The notes beneath the pieces are model-generated. The model was given only the letters and a program-made list of their open reading frames with translations. It searched no databases and had not been told where the DNA came from. Shown here in pieces: positions 1 to 13,713 of a DNA stretch of 64,000 nt; positions within the stretch are counted from its first letter, which is position 1; each line of letters begins with the position of its first letter. Source of the DNA: Roseomonas sp. Lineage in GTDB: Bacteria; Pseudomonadota; Alphaproteobacteria; Acetobacterales; Acetobacteraceae. The stretch lies in NCBI GenBank assembly GCA_020249265.1, contig JADCGA010000008.1, forward strand, positions 57,004-121,003, given 5' to 3'. The translations under genes and the position numbers were made by a program.

Positions 1-1122
1 ATCCGCCACCTTGCGGCCCTTGGCGATGGCGGCGGCAGCGCGGATATCTTCAATGCGGCTATTCGTGCAGGAACCGACAAAAACCACATCAACCTTCAAA
101 TCGGTCAGGCGCTGGCCGGGGGTCAGGCCCATATAGTCAACCATGCGCTGCAATTGCGCACGCCGCGCCTCATCGCCCTCATCCGCCGGGTTTGGCACAA
201 TGCCGGTGATCGGCAGCACCGCCTCAGGGTTCGTGCCCCAAGTCACTTGCGGCGCAATCTCATGCGCGGCCAAGCGCAATTCCTTGTCGAACTGGGCGCC
301 CGCATCGGAAGGCAGCGTCTTCCACCATTCCAGTGCACGCTTGAAGGCCTCACCCTTCGGGCCATTCGGCGTTTTCGCGATGTAATCGAAGGTGGTTTGG
401 TCCGGCGCCACCATGCCAGCCCGCGCACCGCCTTCGATGGTCATGTTGCAGACCGTCATGCGGCCAGCCATGTCGAGCGCACGGATCGCATCCCCGGCAT
501 ATTCGATCACATGGCCCGTGCCGCCCGCCGTGCCGATCTTGCCGATAATCGCCAGCACAATATCCTTGCCGGAACAGCCAAAAGCGAGGTTGCCATCCAC
601 GGAAACGCGCATGTTCTTGGCGGGCTTCTGCAGCAGCGTCTGCGTCGCCAGCACATGTTCCACTTCTGATGTGCCAATCCCGAAAGCCAGCGCGCCCATG
701 GCGCCATGGGTCGAGGTATGGCTATCGCCACACACAATCGTCATGCCCGGCAGTGAACGGCCAAGTTCCGGCCCGATCACATGCACAATGCCCTGACGGT
801 CATCGAGCAGCGGAATGTAAGGCACGCCGAATTCAACGACGTTCTTTTCCAGCGTTTCAACCTGCAAGCGGCTTTCGGGGTCCACAATGCCGGTGCGGCG
901 GCTGTCATCGGTGGCGATGTTATGGTCCACCACGGCGAGCGTCGCATCCGGGCGGCGCACCTTGCGCCCCGCGGCGCGCAGGCCATCAAAAGCCTGCGGC
1001 GTGGTCACTTCATGGGTCAGATGCAAATCAATATAGAGAAGCGCCGTGCCATCCGGCAGGGTTTCAACAACATGCGCGTCCCAAATCTTGTCGAACAGCG
1101 TGCGCGGCTTTTGCGCTGACAT
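1..1122 (-). CDS. leuC: 3-isopropylmalate dehydratase large subunit (partial, runs off window start)
   Basis: Manual translation from ATG at 1122: [19 protein letters not shown]...[17 protein letters not shown]...VDHN, the typical LeuC N-terminus. The frame is open to base 1. Missing from the ORF track because its stop lies outside the window. Confidence 0.95.
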   Translation of the reverse strand, partial: MSAQKPRTLFDKIWDAHVVETLPDGTALLYIDLHLTHEVTTPQAFDGLRAAGRKVRRPDATLAVVDHNIATDDSRRTGIVDPESRLQVETLEKNVVEFGVPYIPLLDDRQGIVHVIGPELGRSLPGMTIVCGDSHTSTHGAMGALAFGIGTSEVEHVLATQTLLQKPAKNMRVSVDGNLAFGCSGKDIVLAIIGKIGTAGGTGHVIEYAGDAIRALDMAGRMTVCNMTIEGGARAGMVAPDQTTFDYIAKTPNGPKGEAFKRALEWWKTLPSDAGAQFDKELRLAAHEIAPQVTWGTNPEAVLPITGIVPNPADEGDEARRAQLQRMVDYMGLTPGQRLTDLKVDVVFVGSCTNSRIEDIRAAAAIAKGRKVAD

Positions 1123-1145
1123 CTCATCTTCCCCCTTGCATCACA

Positions 1146-1173
1146 TGAAAACGCCGCGCCTTTCAGCGCGGCG
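1146..1173 (-). terminator. Probable intrinsic terminator after rplS
   Basis: 8-bp stem CGCCGCGC (1152-1159) / GCGCGGCG (1166-1173) with a 6-nt loop, followed by a short U-run on the minus strand. Confidence 0.5.
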
Positions 1174-1181
1174 CGTTTAAC

Positions 1182-1577
1182 TCAGCCTTCGGCAGGCTTG
1201 GCGGGGCTGGCAGCCTTCATGCCCAGCTTTTCCGCAATGCGCGCGGATTTGCCGGTGCGGCCACGCAGGTAATAGAGCTTCGCACGACGCACCTTGCCGC
1301 GACGCATTACCTGAATTTCCGCGACATTCGGGCTATACAGCGGAAACACGCGTTCCACGCCTTCGCCATAGGAAAGCTTGCGGACAGTGAAATTGCTCTG
1401 CACGCCCTTGTTGGAACGCGCGATCACAACGCCTTCATAAGCCTGGGTGCGGATGCGTTCGCCTTCCACCACCTTCACCATGACGCGCACGGTATCGCCC
1501 GGGCCGAATTCCGGCGTGGTGCGGGCGGCGGAGAGCTTCGCCTGCTGATCAGCTTCGAATTGCCGCAAGATATTCAT
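1182..1577 (-). CDS. rplS: 50S ribosomal protein L19
   Basis: [11 protein letters not shown]...[10 protein letters not shown]...[11 protein letters not shown]...[10 protein letters not shown]. Confidence 0.98.
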   Translation of the reverse strand: MNILRQFEADQQAKLSAARTTPEFGPGDTVRVMVKVVEGERIRTQAYEGVVIARSNKGVQSNFTVRKLSYGEGVERVFPLYSPNVAEIQVMRRGKVRRAKLYYLRGRTGKSARIAEKLGMKAASPAKPAEG

Positions 1578-1601
1578 GTTGGTACCCTTTCTTCGGTTTC
1601 T

Positions 1602-2342
1602 TTAGGCGGCGGCGGGATGGCCGGCAATGGCCCCCGCGCCCCCGCGCGCTGTTTCATGCCGCGCCCATAAATCGGGGCGGCGATCCTTGGTGATCTTCTC
1701 GCTTTCGGCCCGGCGCCAGGCCGCAATGGCGGCGTGATGGCCCGAAAGCAACACTTCCGGCACGGCGCGCCCGGCCCATTCGGCGGGGCGCGTGTAATGC
1801 GGATATTCCAAAAGCCCCTCGGCGCCGTGGCTTTCCTCGGCAGCGCTTTCCGCCGCCCCCATGACGCCCGGTAGCAAACGCACACAGGCATCCAGCAGCG
1901 TGAGCGCGGCCAATTCCCCCCCGCTCAGCACGTAATCGCCGATCGAGATTTCCAGCATGCCGCGCGCTTCAATCACCCGCTGATCCACGCCTTCATAACG
2001 GCCACAGAGCAGCACAAGCCCAGGCACCGCCGCCAATTCCCGCACCAGCGCCTGATCCAACAACCGCCCGCGCGGTGTCAGATAGATCACTGGCCGGGTT
2101 GGCGCTTCGGCCAAGGCCGCGCCAATGGCCGCATCCACCACATCCGGGCGCAGCACCATGCCGGCGCCTCCCCCGAAGGGCGTGTCATCCACGCTGCGAT
2201 GGCGGTCCTTGGCATGGTCGCGGATGTCATGCGCGGCCAAGCACCACAGCCCTTCGCGCAGCCCACGACCGGCCAAGGAAAGCCCAAGCGGCCCCGGGAA
2301 CATTTCCGGGAATAGCGTCAGGATATCGGCGCGCCAGGTCAT
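1602..2342 (-). CDS. trmD: tRNA (guanine37-N1)-methyltransferase
   Basis: [53 protein letters not shown]; conserved operon position. Confidence 0.98.
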   Translation of the reverse strand: MTWRADILTLFPEMFPGPLGLSLAGRGLREGLWCLAAHDIRDHAKDRHRSVDDTPFGGGAGMVLRPDVVDAAIGAALAEAPTRPVIYLTPRGRLLDQALVRELAAVPGLVLLCGRYEGVDQRVIEARGMLEISIGDYVLSGGELAALTLLDACVRLLPGVMGAAESAAEESHGAEGLLEYPHYTRPAEWAGRAVPEVLLSGHHAAIAAWRRAESEKITKDRRPDLWARHETARGGAGAIAGHPAAA

Positions 2343-2857
2343 GCCGCGGCCTCCTTCCCTTCCGGCGGGGGCACCAGCACTTCGGCGGGCGGCACCACGA
2401 CAAGGCGGCCAGCGGCAATATCCACCACCGGCACCACCTGGCGCGTGAAGGGCAGCAGCATTTCTTGCCCCCCTTCAATCACCAGGAAGGCGCCACCACC
2501 ATGGTCTTCCACCGCGCGCACCACACCAAGCGCATCGCCGGCCTCCGTCACCGCCGCAAGGCCGATCAGATCCGTCAGGTAGAATTCCTCTTCCTCGGTG
2601 GGGGGCAAAGCCTCCCGCGCGACGAAAAGGCGTGTGCCGGTCAGGCGCTGGGCAGCATCACGATCATTGATGCCATCAACGGCGACCAGATCATGGCCCT
2701 TCAGCGTCAGGCGGAATTGCCGCGCACCAGCCTCATCGGAAAGCGGGCCATAGGCAGTGATGGCGGCAGGATCGGCAGTGAAGGCATTCAGGCGCAAAAG
2801 CCCGCGCACGCCATGCGGCCTGCCGAACTCCCCCACCATAATGCGCTTGCCGACCAT
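2339..2857 (-). CDS. rimM: 16S rRNA processing protein RimM
   Basis: [22 protein letters not shown]; lies between rpsP and trmD. Confidence 0.95.
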   Translation of the reverse strand: MVGKRIMVGEFGRPHGVRGLLRLNAFTADPAAITAYGPLSDEAGARQFRLTLKGHDLVAVDGINDRDAAQRLTGTRLFVAREALPPTEEEEFYLTDLIGLAAVTEAGDALGVVRAVEDHGGGAFLVIEGGQEMLLPFTRQVVPVVDIAAGRLVVVPPAEVLVPPPEGKEAAA

Positions 2858-2881
2858 CTGCCGTGTTGCCTGTGGCTAGGC

Positions 2882-3217
2882 TCAGCCAGCCGCCGCCGCA
2901 GCAGCGCGTTCCTGCGCCTTCTTCTTCGGCGCGGCCTGCTTGGTCTGCGCCGGGATCGCCGGCATGGCGATCAGGCCAGCCTTGCCCAGGAAGCGCGCCA
3001 CGCGATCCGTCGCCACGGCTCCATGGCCGAGCCAATGCTTCAGGCGATCTTCCTGCAAGCGAATACGCTCCGCATGGTCAGAAGGCAGCATCGGGTTATA
3101 GGAACCCACTTTTTCGATGAAGCGGCCATCGCGCGGGCTGCGGCTATCGGCGATGACGATGTGATAATAAGGGCGCTTCTTGGCACCAGCGCGCGCAAGG
3201 CGAATCTTGAGAGCCAT
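2882..3217 (-). CDS. rpsP: 30S ribosomal protein S16
   Basis: [42 protein letters not shown]. Confidence 0.98.
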   Translation of the reverse strand: MALKIRLARAGAKKRPYYHIVIADSRSPRDGRFIEKVGSYNPMLPSDHAERIRLQEDRLKHWLGHGAVATDRVARFLGKAGLIAMPAIPAQTKQAAPKKKAQERAAAAAAG

Positions 3218-3271
3218 ACAGGTAGTCCTTTCTTTAGTGACTTAAAACGAGGGGTTTGGTTGCGGCCATCA

Positions 3272-4642
3272 TCAAAACGGCCTCCGGCCTTGGGGGAGCA
3301 GCGCGGCGAGCCCGCCACGCATCAGCCCCTTTTGGCCAATTTTGCTCATCCGCTTCATCATGGCGGACATATCGTCGAATTGCTTGAGCAGGCGGTTCAC
3401 ATCCTGCACCGTGGTGCCAGACCCAGCCGCGATGCGGCGCTTGCGTGATGCCTTCAGCAGATCAGGTGTGCGGCGTTCCTTGGGTGTCATGCTGGAAATA
3501 ATCGCCGCCTGACGCTTCAGAATGGCGGTATCCAGATTGGCGCCTTCCAATTGTGCCTTCACCTTCTGCACGCCGGGCAACATGCCAAGAATGCCTTGCA
3601 GGCTGCCCATCTTACCGATTTGCTTCAACTGCGCCGCATAATCATCCAGCGTGAACTGGCCCTTTTGCATGCGCGCGGCGAGCTTTTCAGCCTCCGCCTG
3701 GTCAATCGTCTCAGCGGCTTTTTCCACCAAGGAGACGATATCGCCCATGCCAAGAATACGGCCCGCGATGCGATCGGGGTGGAAATCTTCCAAAGCATCC
3801 AGCTTTTCGCCGGCGCCCAGAAGCTTGATCGGCGCGCCGGTCACGGCCCGCATGGAAAGGGCCGCACCACCGCGCGCATCGCCATCAACGCGTGTCATGA
3901 CAATGCCGGTGACGCCCACCTTTTCCTGGAAAGCCTTGGCGGTATTCACCGCATCCTGCCCGGTCATGGCATCTACAACCAGCAAGGTTTCATGCGGCTG
4001 GGTGGCGGCCTTAACCTCGGCCACTTCGGCCATCAGCGCTTCATCAATCGCAAGGCGCCCGGCGGTGTCCAGCACCACCACATCGTATAATTCGCGCCGC
4101 GCGACATCCATGGCGCGGGCAGCAATTTCAAGCGGGCGCTGGCCGGCGATGATCGGCAGGCTGGTCACTTCCGCGCGTTCGGCCAATTGCTGCAATTGCA
4201 GCTGCGCCGCTGGGCGATGCACGTCCAATGACGCCAGCAGCACCTTCTTCTTGTCGCGGCCCTTTAGCCTAAGCGCGATCTTGCCCGAGGTCGTTGTCTT
4301 GCCCGAACCCTGCAAGCCCACCATCAGAATGGCGACGGGTGCCGGCGCGTTCAGATCAACACCACGCGCCCCTTCAGTGCCGCCAAGCGCTTCCACCAAA
4401 GCATCATTGACGATTTTGATGACCTGCTGCGCGGGGGAGACGGAGCGGATTACCTCCTGCCCAACGGCGCGTTCCTTTACGCGCGCGACAAGGTCGCGGA
4501 CCACCGGCAAGGCGACATCAGCTTCCAGCAACGCCACGCGCACTTCGCGCAGCGCTTCGGTCACATCGGCTTCGCTCAGCGCGCCACGGCGGCGCAGCCG
4601 ATCAAAAACACCGTTGAGCTTGCTGGACAGAGCCTCAAACAT
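3272..4642 (-). CDS. ffh: Signal recognition particle protein Ffh
   Basis: Start placed at MFEALSSKL; GLQGSGKTTT, DTAGR, DGDARGGAA and M-domain SRKRRIAAGSG. Confidence 0.98.
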   Translation of the reverse strand: MFEALSSKLNGVFDRLRRRGALSEADVTEALREVRVALLEADVALPVVRDLVARVKERAVGQEVIRSVSPAQQVIKIVNDALVEALGGTEGARGVDLNAPAPVAILMVGLQGSGKTTTSGKIALRLKGRDKKKVLLASLDVHRPAAQLQLQQLAERAEVTSLPIIAGQRPLEIAARAMDVARRELYDVVVLDTAGRLAIDEALMAEVAEVKAATQPHETLLVVDAMTGQDAVNTAKAFQEKVGVTGIVMTRVDGDARGGAALSMRAVTGAPIKLLGAGEKLDALEDFHPDRIAGRILGMGDIVSLVEKAAETIDQAEAEKLAARMQKGQFTLDDYAAQLKQIGKMGSLQGILGMLPGVQKVKAQLEGANLDTAILKRQAAIISSMTPKERRTPDLLKASRKRRIAAGSGTTVQDVNRLLKQFDDMSAMMKRMSKIGQKGLMRGGLAALLPQGRRPF

Positions 4643-4659
4643 GGCAGCGCCCAATAGTC

Positions 4660-4790
4660 CTTTCGCGTTGCGGTCGCCCCAAAACAGAATGCGCCGCTGC
4701 GCGAGCCTTCGCGGAGCGGCGGAGCCAACCCGCATCAGGCGGGCGGACCAAGGTTCAGGGCGAACCAGTGATGAAGTGGCCTTTATCGCC
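4660..4790 (-). ncRNA. Possible structured ffh 5-prime leader RNA
   Basis: Non-coding stretch upstream of ffh with a CCGCT..CGCG..CGCG..AGCGG hairpin. An ffh leader RNA family is known from Alphaproteobacteria, but I did not verify an alignment. Confidence 0.3.
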
Positions 4791-4914
4791 CAGGCGCCTG
4801 AGGGTCAAGCCAAAAGGGGCAAGTGGGGCTTGGGCCATTAAACGCCTCGACGCCAGGCGGGGCATTTGTTAAGCACGGTCTCAAGAATTCCAAAACAGGA
4901 AGGCAGGGGCTGAC

Positions 4915-6129
4915 ATGGGCCAAAAGCTTGAAGACGCGCTGAAAATCACCCGTCGCGCCGCCTTGTTTGGGGGCGCTGGTCTGGGGCTTGCCGCTTGCGC
5001 CACCCCGACCCGTGGCCCCGCCGTACCCATTGCCCGCACGCGGGATGCACGGGTGCTCGGCCTTCCCAATGAGCGCTTTTTCTTCCCCTGGGATGGGGAT
5101 GCCTTCCGTACTGAGGTACTGGCCGCCCAGGAAAGGGCGCGGCAAATCCACGGCACGCCCCGGCGCGGGCAGGAACGCACCATTGAAATGTTGGCGATTT
5201 CCGGTGGCGGCGAAAATGGCGCCTTCGGCGCCGGCCTTCTCAATGGCTGGACCGAGGCCGGGAACCGGCCAACCTTCAGCCTGGTGACGGGCGTTTCAAC
5301 CGGTGCGCTGACCGCGCCCTTCGCCTTTCTGGGGTCCCGCTACGATGCGGCGCTCAAAGCCGTGTATACTGACATCACGCCCAAGGATGTGCTGGAACAA
5401 CGCAATTTACTGAATGCGGCCCTGTTTGAAGATGCGCTGGCCGATAGCGCGCCGCTGTTCCGTACCATTTCAAAGCATTTGAATGAGGCGATGCTGGCCG
5501 ATATCGCCCGCGCCTATGAGCGCGGTAGGCTATTGCTGATCGGCACTTCCGATATTGATGCGCAATTGCCGGCTGCTTGGAACATCGGCGCGATTGCGGC
5601 CAGCGGCCACCCGAAGTCGCTTGATCTGGTGCGCCGCCTGTTATTGGCGTCTGCCGCCATACCTGGCGCTTTCCCGCCGGTCATGATTGATGTGATGTTG
5701 GATGGAAAAGCCTATCAGGAAATGCATGTGGATGGCGGCGCCTTTACGCAGTTGTTTCTCTATCCGCGTAGCGTCACGCGTGAGCGGCGCGCCCATCTCC
5801 GCAATGGCGACCATGTCCAACCCGCGAGGGCCTATATCATCCGCAATGGGCGACTCACGCCGAACCCGGCACGGACCGAGCGCCAGACTTTCGTCATCGC
5901 CCAGCGCGCCATCGCCAGCATGATTTCGGCGAGCGGCTTCAATGATGTGACGCGCATCCGCAACACCACGCGCGAAGACAAGGTAGATTTCAACCTGGCC
6001 GTGATTGGCCCTGATTTCCAGGATGAGCCGAAGGAGCCCTTCGAACAGGCTTTTATGCGCAAGCTCTATGATCACGCCTATGCCCAGGCGCGGGTTGGCT
6101 ATCCCTGGATGAAGGACATCCCCTACTGA
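4915..6129 (+). CDS. Patatin-like phospholipase, predicted Tat lipoprotein
   Basis: GGGENGAFGAG glycine loop, GVSTG nucleophile elbow, DGG motif; N-terminal TRRAALF...LAAC. Confidence 0.85.
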   Translation: MGQKLEDALKITRRAALFGGAGLGLAACATPTRGPAVPIARTRDARVLGLPNERFFFPWDGDAFRTEVLAAQERARQIHGTPRRGQERTIEMLAISGGGENGAFGAGLLNGWTEAGNRPTFSLVTGVSTGALTAPFAFLGSRYDAALKAVYTDITPKDVLEQRNLLNAALFEDALADSAPLFRTISKHLNEAMLADIARAYERGRLLLIGTSDIDAQLPAAWNIGAIAASGHPKSLDLVRRLLLASAAIPGAFPPVMIDVMLDGKAYQEMHVDGGAFTQLFLYPRSVTRERRAHLRNGDHVQPARAYIIRNGRLTPNPARTERQTFVIAQRAIASMISASGFNDVTRIRNTTREDKVDFNLAVIGPDFQDEPKEPFEQAFMRKLYDHAYAQARVGYPWMKDIPY

Positions 6130-6142
6130 CAAGTCGGCCTGA

Positions 6143-6835
6143 TCAACTGACCCCCAGCACATAGGCCGGCGGCTTCTGGGTCTCAAACGCCACCCCCTTC
6201 ACCCCTGGCACTTTTTCAGCAAGCACCCGCAAGCCCTGCTTCACGGTTTCAGACCGGCAGAAGCCGTGGAAGGTCACCTGACCATCCTTCACATCGGGAA
6301 AGATGAAATAGGTATCCACCCAGGGTTCATTGCGCATCGCAATCGCCAGATCGCGGCGGATGCGTTCATCCGGCGCATCGGCGACCATGCTGCCCGGTGC
6401 CGCGAGCAGCGCCCGGATCAGGTCCGAACGAGAAACAACACCCACCAGCTTGCCATCGCGCAGCACGGGCACGCGGCGGATTTTCTTTTCTTCAATGAGT
6501 TTGGCCGCGTGCTCGATCGAGGTATCCTCAGTCACCGAGGCGATATCGGTGGTCATGACATCACGCGCGCGGCACCCATGGGTGCGCGCGAACCGCGCTG
6601 CCTGTTCGGCGGCGGACGCGAAAAGCCCCAACACCCAGGATTTCGGCGCATCTTCCTTGGCGGCCAGGCGGCGGATCAGATCGCCCTCGGTCACCATGCC
6701 GAGGAAATTGCCATCGCCGTCCACCACGGGGGCGCCTGAGATGCCGCGATCCGACAGGATTTGGGCCACCGCTTCCAAGGGGGCTTCGGGGGGGATGGTG
6801 ACAAGGCTGGTGGTCATCAGGTCGCGGGCGCGCAT
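6143..6835 (-). CDS. CBS-pair plus BON domain protein
   Basis: RARDLMTT, ISGAPVVD..G..GMVTEGDL, IRRVPV...LVGVVSRSDL, C-terminal VKDGQVTFHG; GGAGG about 9 nt before the ATG at 6835. Confidence 0.85.
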   Translation of the reverse strand: MRARDLMTTSLVTIPPEAPLEAVAQILSDRGISGAPVVDGDGNFLGMVTEGDLIRRLAAKEDAPKSWVLGLFASAAEQAARFARTHGCRARDVMTTDIASVTEDTSIEHAAKLIEEKKIRRVPVLRDGKLVGVVSRSDLIRALLAAPGSMVADAPDERIRRDLAIAMRNEPWVDTYFIFPDVKDGQVTFHGFCRSETVKQGLRVLAEKVPGVKGVAFETQKPPAYVLGVS

Positions 6836-6986
6836 GGGCTGGGTCCTCCGTGCGGTCATAGATAGGCGCGCAACCCGCGCCCGTTCTTGCGGTAGGTCAA
6901 GAATGCGGAACGGCGCGGGAGGTGAGCTGCGTCACCAGCAATCAACCGCGCCCACAAGCGTCCAATCTCCGCATCTTTGTGATAGA

Positions 6987-7577
6987 CTAACCAGTAAGTG
7001 GATTGCCGGGTCTAGGCAAAGGTCGCTCTTCCTCGGACACGAAGCCATTCGATACGTCCCATTCGCCGGTCTCAGGATCACGAATCCCACAAGAGAAGTT
7101 GAATTCATCCTCGGCTGTCGCGGCCATAATCTCCACCAAAGTAGTGATCTTGAATAGCCAAAGGCCCCTTCGCTTGGAGCGATCAGAGGCGAGAAAAACG
7201 CCGGAGATGGTTCTATCGTTGTTCAACTCAACCATGAAGACGAAGCTATGAATCACCATATCTGATAGGTCTTTGGCGGATAGACATTCTTCTTCGCCAA
7301 CAGATAAATCATAATGCTCGTCGAGACGGTGCCAGTTCATGAGATCAGGGGGGGAGGCGATCAGTGGATACCAGAGACCAGGTACCGAACGACCTGCCCA
7401 GGCGCTGGAGAGCTTCTTTGCCTCATTCAGTTTGCGCATTGCGTAAGCGCCAAAGAAGAACGTACGCTCAAAGAGAGCGGACCGCTTATCCGTCTCACGC
7501 CGCTGCGCGGCGAGACGTGTGAGCCCTGCGGCACATCGCCTAAGCTCTTCGCGCCACGGCGCACTTTCCCAAATCAT
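6987..7577 (-). CDS. Hypothetical protein (about 196 aa) in a low-GC islet downstream of tRNA-Gln
   Basis: Long ORF with likely start MIWESAPWREEL; local GC about 43-50% in sampled lines versus GC-rich flanks. Confidence 0.75.
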   Translation of the reverse strand: MIWESAPWREELRRCAAGLTRLAAQRRETDKRSALFERTFFFGAYAMRKLNEAKKLSSAWAGRSVPGLWYPLIASPPDLMNWHRLDEHYDLSVGEEECLSAKDLSDMVIHSFVFMVELNNDRTISGVFLASDRSKRRGLWLFKITTLVEIMAATAEDEFNFSCGIRDPETGEWDVSNGFVSEEERPLPRPGNPLTG

Positions 7578-7833
7578 GCTAAGCAAACCCGCTTCTAAAG
7601 TGGTAAGACCTACGGTATAGCATGCGTTATCCAAGTGAATTCCAAGAAAACATGATATACCCTTAACCGATAAGTCGAACCGCACTGGTTTCGCCGGAGG
7701 CTGGAATTGCCGGTTAATGTCTTACCGAGAATAGCGTTTAGCGCGTCTATAACGAAAACATTGGCTTCAATGGGCGGCTAGTCAGAATCGTTCGTTAAAG
7801 CTGCAAAAAATTACCAAACAAGGTCATGGACAG

Positions 7834-7907
7834 TGGCTGGGGGACCTGGATTCGAACCAAGGCTGCCCGGGTCAGAGCCGGGAGTTCTACCGCTAAACTA
7901 TCCCCCA
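7834..7907 (-). tRNA. tRNA-Gln (anticodon CTG)
   Basis: Reverse complement TGGGGGATAGTTTAGCGGTAGAACTCCCGGCTCTGACCCGGGCAGCCTTGGTTCGAATCCAGGTCCCCCAGCCA: D-loop, CTG anticodon loop, GTTCGAATC T-loop and encoded CCA. Confidence 0.97.
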
Positions 7908-8032
7908 AAGACCGCGCGCTATAGCACTGCCCTCCCGGCGCTTCAACTCGCCCCCCTCAAAACTGCTTGCCCTTGGGGCCAGATATCCCGATCATGGTCG
8001 CAGCGTCCCAAAAGGGCGACAGAAAAGGGATA

Positions 8033-9097
8033 ATGACCGAAACCGCCCCGCATATCGCCCGCGAAGCCGAAACCGCCCCCGCCTATGCGCGAGCGGAAGC
8101 CTCGGGCGCGGCTTATGCGGCGCTTGATCTTGGCACGAATAATTGCCGGTTGCTGATCGCCTCCCCGAATGTAGCGGGGTTTCGCGTGCTGGATTCCTTC
8201 AGCCGCGTGGTGCGGCTTGGCGAAGGTCTGGGCAGCAGCGGGCAGCTTTCTACGGCCTCCATGGACCGTGCCTTGGCCGCACTTGGTGCCTGCGCCGATA
8301 AGCTTAGCCGCCGACCCTTACGCGGCTTTGAGGCTGTGGCAACCGAGGCCTGCCGCCAAGCCGGCAATGGCCCGGCCTTCATCGCGCGGGTTGAGGCGGA
8401 AACCGGCATCAGGCTGCGCATCATCACGGGGCGGGAAGAAGCAGAACTCGCCATGGAATCCTGCGCGGCCCTATTGGAACCGGGTGATCGGCGCGCGCTG
8501 CTGTTCGATATCGGCGGCGGCAGCACCGAAATCGCCTGGATCCGCGCCGCCGCTAAGCCCTGCGATGTGCCGGAACTGATCGGCTATATTTCACTCCCCA
8601 TCGGCGTGGTGACCCTGGCTGAGCGCTGCGGTGCCGCCTGTTTCACCGAAGCCGGCTTCTTCGCCGTGGTGGATGAAGTCGCGGCCAGGCTGGAAGCCTT
8701 TGATCGGCTGCATTGCATCGGCCAGGAAATCCATGCCGGCGGCGTGCGGCTGATGGGCACATCGGGCACGGTCACCACACTCGCCGGCGTGGTCATGGCG
8801 CTGCCGCGCTATCGCCGCCCGCTGGTGGATGGCTCGACCCTTGATTGTGAAGCTGCCGATGCCGCTTTGGGTGATCTTTTCGCCATGGGCCGTGCGGAAT
8901 TGGCCGCGCACCCCTGCGTGGGGCCGGAACGCGTGGATTACGTGCTACCGGGCTGCGCGATTTACGCGGCGATAAGGCGCATTTGGCCAACGCGGAGCCT
9001 CCGCGTCGCGGATCGTGGCCTGCGTGAGGGCATGTTGCTCAGGATGATGCGTGCGGACCGTGAAGCTGCGCGCCGCAGCCCACCGCGGCGCCGTTAG
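8033..9097 (+). CDS. ppx: Ppx/GppA family phosphatase
   Basis: AALDLGTNNCRL, ATEACRQA, REEAEL, DIGGGSTE, GTSGT, GLREG. Confidence 0.9.
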   Translation: MTETAPHIAREAETAPAYARAEASGAAYAALDLGTNNCRLLIASPNVAGFRVLDSFSRVVRLGEGLGSSGQLSTASMDRALAALGACADKLSRRPLRGFEAVATEACRQAGNGPAFIARVEAETGIRLRIITGREEAELAMESCAALLEPGDRRALLFDIGGGSTEIAWIRAAAKPCDVPELIGYISLPIGVVTLAERCGAACFTEAGFFAVVDEVAARLEAFDRLHCIGQEIHAGGVRLMGTSGTVTTLAGVVMALPRYRRPLVDGSTLDCEAADAALGDLFAMGRAELAAHPCVGPERVDYVLPGCAIYAAIRRIWPTRSLRVADRGLREGMLLRMMRADREAARRSPPRRR

Positions 9098-9106
9098 GTC
9101 TCGGCC

Positions 9107-12568
<3,462 letters not shown>

Positions 12569-12569
<1 letters not shown>

Positions 12570-13093
12570 CACAGCACCAAAGCCCCAATGATGGCGCCAG
12601 CCCCCAGCACCCAAAGCGGGCTGAAATCCGTCCGCCAGACGAAAATAGCGGAACAGATGGTGAGCACCACAGTGACCCAGCTTTCAGCCGAACCCTGCGC
12701 CAGCAGCAGGCCAGACGCCGCAATCAACCCAACCGCAATCGGCACCAGGCCGCGTTCGATAATCCGCAGCCATGGCCGGCCCAAAAGCCGCGCGCGCAGG
12801 CGCGAAAAGCCAAAGGCGATCAAGCTGGTGGGCACGGTCATGGCGGCTGAGGCCGTTAGCATCCCCAGAATGCCGCCGACATGCCAGCCAAACAGCCCCA
12901 CCACCAGCACATTTGGGCCAGGTGCTGCTTGGGCTAGCGCGAAGCGGCGCGCGAAATCCGCATCACTCATCCAACCATGCACATCCACGACCAGGCGGTG
13001 CATCTCAGGCAGCACAGCAATGCCGCCACCGACCGAGACCAGGGAAATGGCGCCAAAACCGAGCAGTAATTGCCAGAAGATCGTCGCGGTCAT
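12569..13093 (-). CDS. Short-chain chromate transporter subunit 2
   Basis: SLVSVGGG, AQAAPGPN; ATGA overlap with its partner. Confidence 0.9.
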
Positions 13094-13644
13094 TTGCCGC
13101 GCGCCCCATACCAGGAAGCCAGAATGCCTAAGGGTGCCAAGCCCAACACCACCATGGGCAAAGGCACGCGCAAGAAGCCGGCAGCCGCCAGCGCACAAAG
13201 CCCAACCCCCAAAAGCGCCAAGGTCGGCTTCAGCTTCTGCCCCATCTTGACCGCCGTGCCGAGCACCATGCCGGCCGCCGCCGCCGCGACACCGGCGAGC
13301 ACAGCCTTCACCAAAGGCACCTCGCCATAGGAATCATACAGCACCGCAAGCCCCATCAGGATGATCAGCGGCCCGCCAAACATGGAACAGGAAGCAAGCA
13401 AGGCCCCCACCGCACCATGAAAGCGATCCCCAATCATAATGGCCGCATTCAGCGCATTCGGCCCCGGCAGCACCTGCCCAAGGCCCAGGGTTTCGGCATA
13501 TTCCTGTTCCGTCAGCCAGCGCTTTTCTTCCACCAGCACCCGCCGCGCCCAGGCATTGATGCCACCAAAGCCGATCAGCCCGATCTTGCCATAGGTGAGG
13601 AAAAGATCGGTGCGGGTCGGCAGCCGGGGGGACGAATCATCCAT
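13090..13644 (-). CDS. Short-chain chromate transporter subunit 1
   Basis: KIGLIGFGG, LGQVLPGPN, hydrophobic helices. Confidence 0.9.
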   Translation of the reverse strand: MDDSSPRLPTRTDLFLTYGKIGLIGFGGINAWARRVLVEEKRWLTEQEYAETLGLGQVLPGPNALNAAIMIGDRFHGAVGALLASCSMFGGPLIILMGLAVLYDSYGEVPLVKAVLAGVAAAAAGMVLGTAVKMGQKLKPTLALLGVGLCALAAAGFLRVPLPMVVLGLAPLGILASWYGARGK

Positions 13645-13713
13645 AAGCGCAGAGGAACCCGCCGCGCCGCCGGGATCAATACCCCATGCCGCGTGAAACA
13701 GCCAAAGCGCCGG

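Noticed and set aside
2075-4841. Long plus-strand ORFs (457 aa, 396 aa, 179 aa)
   Set aside because: Antisense to rimM, rpsP and ffh, which have clear family motifs
6830-6990. Possible attL/attR duplicate of the tRNA-Gln 3-prime end
   Set aside because: Only a loose TGGGCTGGG versus TGGCTGGG resemblance; no convincing direct repeat and no integrase
7833-8033. 66-aa ORF MAGGPGFEPRLPGSEPGVLPLNY
   Set aside because: It is the antisense reading of tRNA-Gln, a common artefact
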